Shown one piece after another: positions 7,564-17,249 of a stretch of DNA of 64,000 nt (its first letter is position 1; each line of letters begins with the position of its first letter). The stretch lies in the IMG/VR virus record IMGVR_UViG_3300017917_003053, positions 32,001 through 96,000 of that record. One strand, given 5' to 3'. The notes below the pieces were generated by a model. It was given only the letters and a program-made list of their open reading frames with translations. It was not told where the DNA came from and did not search any database. The DNA is from a virus. The position numbers and the translations under genes were made by a program.

Positions 7564-8042
7564 CAGAAAAAATAATTACATTACACGGTGACACAAAAGT
7601 AACTAAAGAATATGATTTTGTACCTGTTTATAAAATCAAATTTGGACATTCTTCTGTAGGAGGTAGAGGCGTATTTGCCACAGATAATATTGAAGAAGGT
7701 GAATTAATTGAAAGATGTCCCTTAGTACCTTTAGAACATCGTTCCAGATACCAAGCAGATCCATCAATATGGAGATACTGTTATACAAAACCCATGTGCG
7801 ATTGTTCTGAATGTAAAAACCATGGATTTATGTTTTATATGGTTTTAGGACACGGCATGATTTATAATCATCAAGATAATCATAATGCAGATATGAAGTT
7901 TCATCATAAAGATTTATATGTTGATATTATTGCTAATCGTCCAATAGCAAAAGATCAAGAAATTTTTGTTACATATGGCGATAAATACTTCAAGAATAAA
8001 GAAAAAGTTGTTGTAGAAAAAGAAAATATCTCCAATGAATAA
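7560..8042 (+). CDS. SET-domain lysine methyltransferase
   Basis: GRGVFA, IYNH...NA, I....EIFVTYG..YF. Confidence 0.88.
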   Translation: MTEKIITLHGDTKVTKEYDFVPVYKIKFGHSSVGGRGVFATDNIEEGELIERCPLVPLEHRSRYQADPSIWRYCYTKPMCDCSECKNHGFMFYMVLGHGMIYNHQDNHNADMKFHHKDLYVDIIANRPIAKDQEIFVTYGDKYFKNKEKVVVEKENISNE

Positions 8043-8739
8043 TCTCTCGATAGGAATAACGTTTACAGCGTTTAGAAGATTAGACTATCTGAAACAAACG
8101 GTTGAGGCTTTACACAGAAGTTTTAAATATTGTAATATATATTTACCAATTCTATTTTCTATAGATTATTATGATGATTCCATACTAAACTATGTACAAA
8201 ATATAGATTGGTCAGATATAACCTTATCTGTTAATAATCCCAGTGTTGGTTGTAATAAAAATACAAAACTCGCCATCTCTATGGGCTTAAATGAATATGA
8301 TGCCATTATTCATTTAGAAGATGATACAGTACCATCAAAAGATTGTATTAGGTTTTTTGTTGATAATATACATAGATATTATTCAGACGAAGACATTTTA
8401 TGTGTAGGAGGATACAATAAAACCTTAGAGCCAAATACGACCTTACTTGATCAGGTTACTAAAAACATAGGATTTACATGTTGGGGTTGTGCCTTTTGGA
8501 AACACAAAAGTCAAATTTTATTAGACAATTGGATTCCTGCTATGAATAGAGAAAATAATTCTATGTCATGGGATTCTCATTTAAATGAAAATGTTTTTTT
8601 AGCCAAAAAATTATATCAAATTCGCCCACTGATATCTCGTATACAGAATATTGGGGCAGAAGATGGTACTTGGGTTCCTAATGCGGTATTTCATCAGAAC
8701 AGTCATCATACCCCGTATACTTCGGATGACATATTATGA
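8035..8739 (+). CDS. GT-A fold glycosyltransferase
   Basis: TAFRRLDYL, IIHLEDD, CWGCAFW, SWD, SRIQNIG. Confidence 0.8.
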   Translation: MNNLSIGITFTAFRRLDYLKQTVEALHRSFKYCNIYLPILFSIDYYDDSILNYVQNIDWSDITLSVNNPSVGCNKNTKLAISMGLNEYDAIIHLEDDTVPSKDCIRFFVDNIHRYYSDEDILCVGGYNKTLEPNTTLLDQVTKNIGFTCWGCAFWKHKSQILLDNWIPAMNRENNSMSWDSHLNENVFLAKKLYQIRPLISRIQNIGAEDGTWVPNAVFHQNSHHTPYTSDDIL

Positions 8740-9056
8740 AACTATTTCATCTGAAAAATTTTATAGGCGGTTGGGTTGTTGGTAATTTTGATCCATCAAT
8801 TATTAAAACAGATCAATTTGAAGTTGCTATCAAACATTATAAAGAAGGTCAACTTGAACAGAGACACTTGCATAAACTTGCAGAAGAAATTACTATCATT
8901 GTGAGTGGTAAAGTAAGAATGAACTCTGTTATGTATACTTCTGGAGATATAGTCTTTATAGATAAAGATGAATCAACCGATTTTGAAGTTTTACAAGACA
9001 CAATAACATGTGTAATTAAAATACCGTCCATTTTAAATGATAAATACATAATATGA
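8736..9056 (+). CDS. cupin-fold protein
   Basis: GGWVVGNFDP, HLHKLAEEITIIVSG. Confidence 0.8.
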   Translation: MKLFHLKNFIGGWVVGNFDPSIIKTDQFEVAIKHYKEGQLEQRHLHKLAEEITIIVSGKVRMNSVMYTSGDIVFIDKDESTDFEVLQDTITCVIKIPSILNDKYII

Positions 9057-10420
9057 ATACAAAATTAATTATTTTTGATATGGATGGAGTTTTGGTTGAT
9101 ATTAAAGATATACATTTCCATACGTTGAACGAAGCCTTATTGTCTGTCAATGAAAAATATGTGATTAGTTACGATGAACATCTTTCTACTTTTGATGGAC
9201 TAAAAACCATAGATAAGCTTAAAATTTTGACAGAATCTAAAGGGTTGCCCATAGAATATCACAACCATATTTGGAATATTAAACAGCAAAAAACTATATC
9301 ATATCTCAAAAAATTAGAATGTAATCCTAAGATTTTTGATACATTAAAGAAACTCAAACAACTAGGATTAACAATAGCCGTAGCATCAAATTCTATCAGA
9401 GAAACAGTCAAACATGTTTTAGTATCCACTAAATATATTGAACATATAGATTTTTTCTTATCAAATGAAGATGTGAAAAATGCTAAACCAAACTCTGAGA
9501 TATATTTGCAATGTATGATTAAAGCAGGTGTGTCTCCCAAAGAAACTATTATATTTGAAGATTCTCCTCTTGGTATTAAAGCGGCACAAAACACAGGAGC
9601 AGAAGTAATTATGGTTAAAAATACTAAAGATATTAACGAAAATATTTTTGACAAAATTAATAAAACACATACTCCTCAGAATAATAGCAAGTGGCTCAAT
9701 AAGAAACTAAATATTGTTATACCTATGGCTGGTGCTGGCTCTCGTTTTGAACAGGCTGGGTATACTTTTCCAAAACCATTAATTGATGTTAATGGCGAGC
9801 CTATGATAAAAGTTGTAGTAGATAATCTTAATATTGATGCAACTTATACTTTTATAGTACAAAAATCTCACTATGAGAAGTATAATCTGTATCATATGTT
9901 AAATTTAATAACTCCAAAATGCAATATCATTCCTATTGATGGAATCACAGAGGGTGCGGCATGTACAGTATTGTTGGCCAAAAAGTTTATTGATAATGAT
10001 AATCCTTTGCTGTTAGCAAATTCTGATCAGTTTATAGAATGGAATAGTCATGACTTTATGTACACTGTAGAAAATTCTACAACAGATGGAACTATTTTAA
10101 CATTTAAATCAACTCATCCCAAATGGTCTTTTGCTAAATTAGACAGTAATGGTTTTGTTGCTGAAGTAGCAGAAAAAAAACCAATATCAGATATCGCCAC
10201 TGTAGGTATTTATTATTGGACGAAAGGATCAGATTTTGTGAAGTATGCAGAACAGATGATACAAAACAATATCAGAGTAAACAATGAATTTTATGTTTGT
10301 CCAGTATATAATGAAGCCATAGCAGATGGTAAAAAAATCAGAACATATAATATCAATAATATGTATGGTTTAGGTACTCCAGAAGATTTATCTATATTTT
10401 TAAAATCACATGGTAGATAG
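9053..10420 (+). CDS. HAD phosphatase fused to sugar-nucleotidyltransferase domain
   Basis: FDMDGVL, KP, FEDS..GI (HAD); IPMAGAGSRF..AGY..PKPLI, NSDQ (NTP transferase). Confidence 0.88.
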   Translation: MNTKLIIFDMDGVLVDIKDIHFHTLNEALLSVNEKYVISYDEHLSTFDGLKTIDKLKILTESKGLPIEYHNHIWNIKQQKTISYLKKLECNPKIFDTLKKLKQLGLTIAVASNSIRETVKHVLVSTKYIEHIDFFLSNEDVKNAKPNSEIYLQCMIKAGVSPKETIIFEDSPLGIKAAQNTGAEVIMVKNTKDINENIFDKINKTHTPQNNSKWLNKKLNIVIPMAGAGSRFEQAGYTFPKPLIDVNGEPMIKVVVDNLNIDATYTFIVQKSHYEKYNLYHMLNLITPKCNIIPIDGITEGAACTVLLAKKFIDNDNPLLLANSDQFIEWNSHDFMYTVENSTTDGTILTFKSTHPKWSFAKLDSNGFVAEVAEKKPISDIATVGIYYWTKGSDFVKYAEQMIQNNIRVNNEFYVCPVYNEAIADGKKIRTYNINNMYGLGTPEDLSIFLKSHGR

Positions 10421-11030
10421 TATGAAAAAAATTATATTTGATGTTGGTGCTAATCATGGAATTGATAGCATACCAAGAGCACAAGAGGATATAGAAAATA
10501 CAATTGTATATGCCTTTGAGCCAACTCCATTTTTGATAGATGTGCTTAAACATAAAGCATCATCTTTATCAAACTATATTATTGTAGAAAAGGCAGTATC
10601 AGATTTTAATGGAACGGCTAAATTCAATGTTGCTGGAAATGATGATTGGGGATGTAGTTCATTACTAGAATTTTCTGAACAATCTTTTGTTCAATGGCCA
10701 GGAAGGACAGACTTTAGTGTTACAGATATTATAGAAGTAGAAGTAATAAGATTAGATAATTTTATTTCTCAACATAATATATCTCAAATAGATTATTTAC
10801 ATATTGATACGCAAGGGTCTGATCTAAAGGTATTGCATGGATTGGGCCAGTATATTGATTTAGTAAAAGAAGGTTTGATGGAAGCCGCATACAAGAAGGA
10901 CATTCTATATAAAAATCAGAATACTGTAGAAGATTCAGTGGAATTTTTAAAACAGCATGGATTCTCTATTACCGCAATTACCTCAAATGATATATTTAAT
11001 AATGAAGCTAATATAAGGTTCGTAAGATGA
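10410..11030 (+). CDS. FkbM-family methyltransferase
   Basis: FDVGANHG, YAFEP, IDYLHIDTQGSDL. Confidence 0.85.
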   Translation: MVDSMKKIIFDVGANHGIDSIPRAQEDIENTIVYAFEPTPFLIDVLKHKASSLSNYIIVEKAVSDFNGTAKFNVAGNDDWGCSSLLEFSEQSFVQWPGRTDFSVTDIIEVEVIRLDNFISQHNISQIDYLHIDTQGSDLKVLHGLGQYIDLVKEGLMEAAYKKDILYKNQNTVEDSVEFLKQHGFSITAITSNDIFNNEANIRFVR

Positions 11031-11779
11031 GAATTGCTCTTTGTCTGTCTGGTCATTTAAGAACATATAACTCTTCAATGGTTCATCAGTCATTTATAGA
11101 TTTTAAAAATTATTTATCCCGATTTGGCTCTATTGATATTTTTATAGCATCATGGAATCGACAAAATACAAAAAATAGTTGGTCTGCATCTCATAATTTG
11201 AATGATGTAAACACTGCTGATTGTATAGTAGACAGTACTCTGATCCAAAAACACTATGAAACAGAGAATGTTTGGTTGTATAATTATGATTACTATGATG
11301 ACATTAATTATAGTCCTTTAAAATACTACTATTTTACTAATAAAGAATATATTTGGGATAGTAGAGGGATTAATAATGAGATTATACATTCTACGAAAAT
11401 GTTTTACTTGATATATCAATGTAATCTCAAAAAGATGCAATATGAGTATAATAATAAATTTAAATATGATTGTGTTTTTAGAATTAGACCAGATCATGCT
11501 TTTGATATGAGCCAATGCCAACAGATTAATCTAGAGAATATTAAATCTGATAGATTATATATTCCTAAACATAATGATAGATTTGCTTATGGATCATCTG
11601 ATATAATGAACAAATATTCATACTCAATACATCATATGTCTCACTTTTTTCAGCAAGGAATATTTGGAGATCCTGAAACTATACAAAAATCCTGTATAGA
11701 ATCTGTGATTAATCCGGATCATATAGTATACATACCTATGTGCGGAGTGTTGGTATCAGATACAGGATATATAAGATAA
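11027..11779 (+). CDS. putative glycan-related protein (glycosyltransferase-like)
   Basis: IALCLSGHLRT...KMFY...YD.VFRIRPD...NDRFAYGS...PE pattern. Confidence 0.6.
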   Translation: MRIALCLSGHLRTYNSSMVHQSFIDFKNYLSRFGSIDIFIASWNRQNTKNSWSASHNLNDVNTADCIVDSTLIQKHYETENVWLYNYDYYDDINYSPLKYYYFTNKEYIWDSRGINNEIIHSTKMFYLIYQCNLKKMQYEYNNKFKYDCVFRIRPDHAFDMSQCQQINLENIKSDRLYIPKHNDRFAYGSSDIMNKYSYSIHHMSHFFQQGIFGDPETIQKSCIESVINPDHIVYIPMCGVLVSDTGYIR

Positions 11780-11799
11780 TATCAAAGTAAGATATAATA

Positions 11800-12456
11800 A
11801 TGAAAATAGCCATACTGTATTCTGGATTGCCTATTTGTAATGAATCAATACTTCTGTCTCACAAAAAATATATCTGGGATCTATATGATACCGATTTATA
11901 CTTATCAACATATTCCCAAAGTGCTTTTGACCAAGATATAATTGATCAACTGTGCAATTTTACATCTTTTAAAACGATACACATAGAAAATTTTGATACT
12001 GTCTATGCGAATTGTTTATCTTCCATTGAACAAAATATACACATCAAAAAAGATGAAACAAAAACTATTAACACTCTGTCTATGTTTTATAAAATTAGTA
12101 GTTGTTTTTCTTTAGTCCCTGACTCTTATGATATCTTAATAAGACATAGACTTGATGTAACAGTAGACGAACCTCTTACTTTATACAATAACGACGGGGT
12201 TAATGTACCACGCGGAGGAGATCATCATGGAGGATTGCTTGACTTATTTGCCTTTGGTTCATATACTTCTATGAGCGTATATTGCCGATTGTTCAATCAT
12301 TTGCATCACTATATTCATAATTTGTCTTGCGTTTTTCATCCAGAAAGTTTATTGCGTTTTCACTGTAACTATCACCAATTACCAATTCACAGGTTTAATT
12401 ACAACCTCTATCTTAGAGGACAACTTTTTAATACCACAGCACCATGTGTAGAATAA
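11800..12456 (+). CDS. putative glycan-related protein, paralogue of the 11027 ORF
   Basis: IAILYSGLP...SMFYK...YDILIRHRLD...DLFAFGS...HPE pattern. Confidence 0.6.
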   Translation: MKIAILYSGLPICNESILLSHKKYIWDLYDTDLYLSTYSQSAFDQDIIDQLCNFTSFKTIHIENFDTVYANCLSSIEQNIHIKKDETKTINTLSMFYKISSCFSLVPDSYDILIRHRLDVTVDEPLTLYNNDGVNVPRGGDHHGGLLDLFAFGSYTSMSVYCRLFNHLHHYIHNLSCVFHPESLLRFHCNYHQLPIHRFNYNLYLRGQLFNTTAPCVE

Positions 12457-12457
12457 T

Positions 12458-13576
12458 ATGCAAAAAATAATTAATGAAATTAAACTAGATTTTGATGACG
12501 TTCTAATACGACCTAAAAGATCAACTCTTAACAGTAGATCAGAGGTTGATTTAACAAGAGAGTTTAAATTCAAATACTCTCCGAGAAAATTATCAGCCGT
12601 ACCAATCATGGTGGCTAATATGGATACTGTTGGAACTTTTGCTATGGCAAAATCATTAGTCAAGCAAAATGCTATCACATGCTTACACAAGCACTATTTA
12701 CCATATGAATATATTGAATTCTATAGTGATCCAAATATTCCTAATAAAGATTTAGTTTTTTATTCGATAGGCACTGGACAAAAAGATCTAGAAAAACTCT
12801 CTTACGTTCACAACCATCTTACAGAAGGTAAGCATTGTCCAGGACCAAATATATGCTTAGATATTGCAAATGGATATACTGAACAATTTGTTAAAACAGC
12901 AGCAAGTATAAGAAAATTATTTCCAGATTCTATATTAATGGCTGGAAATGTTGTTACTCCAGAAATGACAGAGGAATTGATCATTCATGGTAAAGTTGAT
13001 ATAGTCAAGGTTGGTATAGGTTCGGGTAGTGTGTGTACCACTCGTTTAAAAACTGGCGTGGGATACCCTCAATTGAGTGCTGTGATGGAGTGTGCTGATG
13101 CTGCCCACGGTCTTGGTGGACATATTTGTTCTGATGGTGGTTGCAAAGTAGTTGGAGATATTTGCAAAGCATTTGGTGGTAATACAGACTTTGTAATGTT
13201 GGGCAGTATGTTTGCTGGTGCTGATGAGTGCGAAGGAGAATGGAAATATGAATATCGTACCAGTATGGGATTTTGGCAACCTTTAGACCCGGAACACGAA
13301 TTTGAATGTGAGAAAAGAAAAGTATCATTACAATATTATGGTATGAGTAGTGAAAACGCTATGAATAAACACCATAATGGAGTAGCAAGATATAGAACAG
13401 CAGAAGGTAAATGTACAACTGTTTCATATAAAGGAACCGCTGAAAGTATCATTCAAGATATTTATGGCGGTTTAAGAAGCTCATGTACATACATTGGAGC
13501 AACAAAAATCAAAGATTTCGGTAAAAAAACAACATTTATACAAGTCAACAATACCCATAATAAATTATATGAATAA
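12458..13576 (+). CDS. guaC: GMP reductase
   Basis: LDFDDVLIRPKRSTL.SR, ANMDTVGTF.MA, CLDIANGY, GSVCTTR.KTGVGYPQLSA. Confidence 0.95.
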   Translation: MQKIINEIKLDFDDVLIRPKRSTLNSRSEVDLTREFKFKYSPRKLSAVPIMVANMDTVGTFAMAKSLVKQNAITCLHKHYLPYEYIEFYSDPNIPNKDLVFYSIGTGQKDLEKLSYVHNHLTEGKHCPGPNICLDIANGYTEQFVKTAASIRKLFPDSILMAGNVVTPEMTEELIIHGKVDIVKVGIGSGSVCTTRLKTGVGYPQLSAVMECADAAHGLGGHICSDGGCKVVGDICKAFGGNTDFVMLGSMFAGADECEGEWKYEYRTSMGFWQPLDPEHEFECEKRKVSLQYYGMSSENAMNKHHNGVARYRTAEGKCTTVSYKGTAESIIQDIYGGLRSSCTYIGATKIKDFGKKTTFIQVNNTHNKLYE

Positions 13577-14657
13577 ATCTATACTAATTAATAGTCCTAT
13601 CGGATATACTGGTTACGGAGTAGTTGGATGGAATATATGCAAAGAATTATATTCTAGACCAGATGTAGATCTTACTGTGTTTCCTATCACAACTCAAAGA
13701 TTTACAAATATGCCCAAACTAGATAGCGAAGAAGAAGACCAAATACTGTCTAGTATGATGCACAAGAGTTTTGATCCCAAAGGAGCGTGTGTTAGGATTT
13801 GGCATCAATTTGATTTAGCAGAAAGGATCGGCACAGGGAAATATATTGCTTTCCCATTTTTTGAATTAGATACATTTAATCCTAGGGAGTTGTTACACCT
13901 TAAGGTTCCTGATCATTTTGTAGTTGCGTCTAATTGGGCTAAGAATATATTAATTTCTAACAATGTTAATACTCCTATAGACGTTGTACCATTGGGGGTT
14001 AATACAGAAATATTCGATCATAAATTATGCAAAGATAAAAACGATGATGACCCATATATATTTATGGTTGGAGGTAAGTGGGAAATTAGAAAAGCTTATG
14101 ATGTATTATTGGATGTATTTACTAAAGCATTTACTAAAGATGACAATGTTGAATTATGGATAGCAGCATCTTCTGATAAAACATGTTTTTCAGAAAAAGA
14201 ATTGACAGATTGGCATAATTATTATTTAACATCTACTTTAAAAGAAAAAATTACTATTATCCCAAGAGTAAAAACTCAAAAGGATGTTGCTGAGAAAATG
14301 GCAAAAGCAGACTGTGGTATATTTTTATCCAGAGCAGAAGGTTGGAATCTGGAATTGTTAGAGATGATGAGTATGGGTAAACCAATTATCACAACTAATT
14401 ATTCCGCACATACAGAATTTTGCAATAGTCAGAATTCTTCGCTGATAGAAATTACAGAGACAGAACCAGCATTTGACGGAAAATGGTTTTTTGGTAATGG
14501 AAATTGGGCTAAGTTAGGCAAAGATCAAATAGAACAAGCCGTACAGTATATGAGAAGTATGTATAAGGAAAGAAAAAGAACCAATCCAGAAGGTATTAAA
14601 ACTGGTCAAGTGTTCTCTTGGAAGAATTCGGTTGATCAACTCTTAAAGTGTATATAA
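13569..14657 (+). CDS. GT-B (family 4) glycosyltransferase
   Basis: TGYG, VVPLGV, GGKWEIRK, SRAEGWNLELLEMMSMGKPII; ATG at 13569 preferred. Confidence 0.88.
   Translation: MNKSILINSPIGYTGYGVVGWNICKELYSRPDVDLTVFPITTQRFTNMPKLDSEEEDQILSSMMHKSFDPKGACVRIWHQFDLAERIGTGKYIAFPFFELDTFNPRELLHLKVPDHFVVASNWAKNILISNNVNTPIDVVPLGVNTEIFDHKLCKDKNDDDPYIFMVGGKWEIRKAYDVLLDVFTKAFTKDDNVELWIAASSDKTCFSEKELTDWHNYYLTSTLKEKITIIPRVKTQKDVAEKMAKADCGIFLSRAEGWNLELLEMMSMGKPIITTNYSAHTEFCNSQNSSLIEITETEPAFDGKWFFGNGNWAKLGKDQIEQAVQYMRSMYKERKRTNPEGIKTGQVFSWKNSVDQLLKCI
14648..14657 (+). promoter_or_regulatory. GTGTA + AT-rich motif, putative phage late promoter
   Basis: GTGTATATAA followed by AAGGAG RBS and ATG at 14676; similar motifs at 12446, 19846, 20880, 25660 and 54235 (- strand). 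Confidence 0.45.
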
Positions 14658-14675
14658 AGATTAAGGAGATACTAT

Positions 14676-15188
14676 ATGCCAATTCCTAGCCCAGAATCAA
14701 ATGAAGATAAGAAAAAGTTTGTTTCTCGCTGTATGAGCAGCGAAGTAATGAAAAAGGACTACCCAGATACTGCTCAAAGAGTTGCTATTTGCTTGGGACA
14801 AACTAAAAAAAATAAATCTTCATTAATAGAAGAAGTACATGATGAGTTATTTGCTAAAAATTGCTCATGGGATGATGAGTGGGATGAATTTGTTTGGGAA
14901 ATTGAAGCATCGGAAATTTATGATGAAGAGGGCAAGGTTATAGCCGCAGAAAAAGAAGGCAGAAAAGTTACTCTCAATAAACCTTTTCGCACTCCTGATG
15001 GGCCAAAAAAGTTTAGTGTTTATGTCAAGAATGAGAAGGGTAATGTAGTCAAAGTCAATTTTGGCGATCCCAATATGAAAATAAAGAAAAATATTCCAGA
15101 ACGTCGAAAAAGTTTTAGGGCCAGACATAATTGTGACAATCCCGGCCCTAAGTGGAAGGCTCGCTACTGGGCTTGTAAAGCATGGTGA
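14676..15188 (+). CDS. Two-domain phage protein (DUF6321-like C-terminus)
   Basis: MPIP.P...E....FVSRCM domain plus KVTLNKPFR...KKFSVYVK...FGDPNM...SFRARHNC...ARYWAC domain. Confidence 0.75.
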   Translation: MPIPSPESNEDKKKFVSRCMSSEVMKKDYPDTAQRVAICLGQTKKNKSSLIEEVHDELFAKNCSWDDEWDEFVWEIEASEIYDEEGKVIAAEKEGRKVTLNKPFRTPDGPKKFSVYVKNEKGNVVKVNFGDPNMKIKKNIPERRKSFRARHNCDNPGPKWKARYWACKAW

Positions 15189-15192
15189 AATT

Positions 15193-15732
15193 ATGAAAAA
15201 AATAGAAGAATTACTCAAAGAACAAGAAAGTCATCCTATGCAAACGTCTGCACAAAGTATAGAAAATTATTCTAGTCCTAATATAGTAGATTTATTAAAA
15301 CAGTCATTAAATATACACTGGCAACAAACTACTGCTCTTTCTGCACAGGCTGTTCATCTTGACAGATGGGGTTATAAAAAATTAGCTGCCATAATTAAAG
15401 AAGATGCTTTACAAGAGCATGAACACGCAATGATTAATTTATCTAGATTAGAATTTTTTGATGCAGATTATCAACCATTAATAGTTTCTCCTCCAACTTG
15501 GAGCCGTCATGATATGGTTGCTATGATAAAATATAATCTAGATTCTGTAAGAGAAGCAGCATCAGCAGAAAAAGCAACCATCTTGGCAGCAAGATCTGCG
15601 GGAGATGAAATTACAGCAAATATTATGATTCCATTACTACAGGGTAGTGAAGATGGTATTGCTCTTTATGAAGGATTCTTAAAGCTAATTGACCAAATGG
15701 GTATTGACAACTTCTTAACATTACAAGTTTAA
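15193..15732 (+). CDS. Bacterioferritin-like four-helix protein with degenerate ferroxidase centre
   Basis: WGYKKLA...E..HA...RL.F and LI.QMG..NFL ends match Bfr; ATG at 15193. Confidence 0.8.
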   Translation: MKKIEELLKEQESHPMQTSAQSIENYSSPNIVDLLKQSLNIHWQQTTALSAQAVHLDRWGYKKLAAIIKEDALQEHEHAMINLSRLEFFDADYQPLIVSPPTWSRHDMVAMIKYNLDSVREAASAEKATILAARSAGDEITANIMIPLLQGSEDGIALYEGFLKLIDQMGIDNFLTLQV

Positions 15733-15735
15733 CTC

Positions 15736-16167
15736 ATGTTTAGATCAAGAGCAGAAGAAATATTAGACAAAGTACAAAATAATATAGAGTGTCCTCCAGC
15801 GACACAAGATATTAGTCTAAACTTATCTAATAGAAAAATTTGTGTAGATAAAGCAAACTATGGACCAGCAAATCCTAATATAGATAATCTAGATTTTTGG
15901 AAGAAGAAAGCGGAATTATTTAAAACATCGGTACAAGAAGCACAAACTATGAGATGCAAAAATTGTGCTGCTTTTGTTATTAAAGATAAAATGCGTCAAT
16001 GTATTGAAAAAGGTATTGCTTCTCAATCTATTAAAGAAGAAGATATAGCAAAAGAAATTGTAGACGAAGCTAATCTAGGATACTGTGAATTATTTGACTT
16101 TAAATGTGCTGGTGATCGTACTTGTGATGCTTGGATAACTGGTGGCCCTCTATCTAATCAAAGGTGA
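15736..16167 (+). CDS. Cys-containing phage protein
   Basis: CPPATQDI..NL.NR...YGPANP...C.NCAAF...GYC..FDFKCAG.RTCDAW. Confidence 0.75.
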   Translation: MFRSRAEEILDKVQNNIECPPATQDISLNLSNRKICVDKANYGPANPNIDNLDFWKKKAELFKTSVQEAQTMRCKNCAAFVIKDKMRQCIEKGIASQSIKEEDIAKEIVDEANLGYCELFDFKCAGDRTCDAWITGGPLSNQR

Positions 16168-16171
16168 TATT

Positions 16172-16645
16172 ATGGATCGTATTCATGACATTTTAAATTC
16201 TGTTAATCAAACCGTAAGTAAAAAAACTGCAAAAGCAGACGATGGAGACTTTACCAAAATAGAGGACACAGAAATTGAGACTCCAGAAACAGAATTAATG
16301 GAATACAAGAATGATTTTTATCAAATGAGTATAGGATCTCTCAAAGCCATAATGAGCCATAGTCAGGCCATTTTGGAGGCCCTTGATGATCCCAAAGTAA
16401 AAGAAAACTTGACAGAAAGTTGGCTACAGGGTAAAATCGCCATTACTGAGGATTACATGAGAACGATTCACGATTTTATCATGTATGTCTCTGAGGCTGC
16501 CGATACTATATCTGCTGCTGACAAGCCCGGTCTTTGGGAAAACATTCGTAAGAAAAAAGAGAGGATGGGTAAAAATTATAAACCAGCAAAGCCTGGAGAT
16601 AAGGATAGGCCAGATAGTGAACAGTGGAAGAAGTTGACCAAGTAA
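16172..16645 (+). CDS. multi-module phage protein
   Basis: ESWLQGKIA...DY module and KPGLWENIRKK...PAKPG.KDRP module; ATG at 16172. Confidence 0.75.
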   Translation: MDRIHDILNSVNQTVSKKTAKADDGDFTKIEDTEIETPETELMEYKNDFYQMSIGSLKAIMSHSQAILEALDDPKVKENLTESWLQGKIAITEDYMRTIHDFIMYVSEAADTISAADKPGLWENIRKKKERMGKNYKPAKPGDKDRPDSEQWKKLTK

Positions 16646-16688
16646 ATATTAATTAAAAGATTTTAGGACTTTACATTAAGGGGATTTT

Positions 16689-17249
16689 ATGGAATTTGAT
16701 ACTCTGTCTAATTATACAACTATAGCTAAAAAAACTATTTCAAAGTTTGGATCAAAAATGTATCCTGGCTTAGTTAAGGAAATGCTATCTAATGACGAAA
16801 CTGTCTATGAGATTGCAGAAGCGATTATGATGGCTGATTGGAACTGGGATAAAGATAGAAAAGGACTTAAGTCTGGTAAAGGTAAAAACTTATATTCTTA
16901 CAGAAACCAGTGTGCTATTTGGGCGATCAAAACTTATGTAACACAAAAATATAAGAAAAATCAAAAAAGCAAAAAGCAAATGGATTATTTGATTGATAAT
17001 GCTGACTATGTAGATTATAATAATCCAGCAAAGCAAATAGAGCACCAAGAATCACAAGCAAATCTTGTTGAAGATATGCAAACTCTACTTAATATAGCAC
17101 CGCTGTCTGGTAAGCAAAGAGAACAGATTAAACTTTATTATTATGACAATAAGACTCTATCAGAAATCGGTAAAGAATATGGAGTTACTAGAGAAGCCGT
17201 TAGACAGAATATCAACAAAGGAATTAATATCTTAAGAGAATTATGCTAA
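16689..17249 (+). CDS. Phage sigma70-family sigma factor (small, regions 2 and 4)
   Basis: Region 4 HTH LSGKQREQIKLYYY..KTLSEIGKEYGVTREAVRQ; region 2-like LYSYRNQCAIWAIK. Confidence 0.8.
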   Translation: MEFDTLSNYTTIAKKTISKFGSKMYPGLVKEMLSNDETVYEIAEAIMMADWNWDKDRKGLKSGKGKNLYSYRNQCAIWAIKTYVTQKYKKNQKSKKQMDYLIDNADYVDYNNPAKQIEHQESQANLVEDMQTLLNIAPLSGKQREQIKLYYYDNKTLSEIGKEYGVTREAVRQNINKGINILRELC

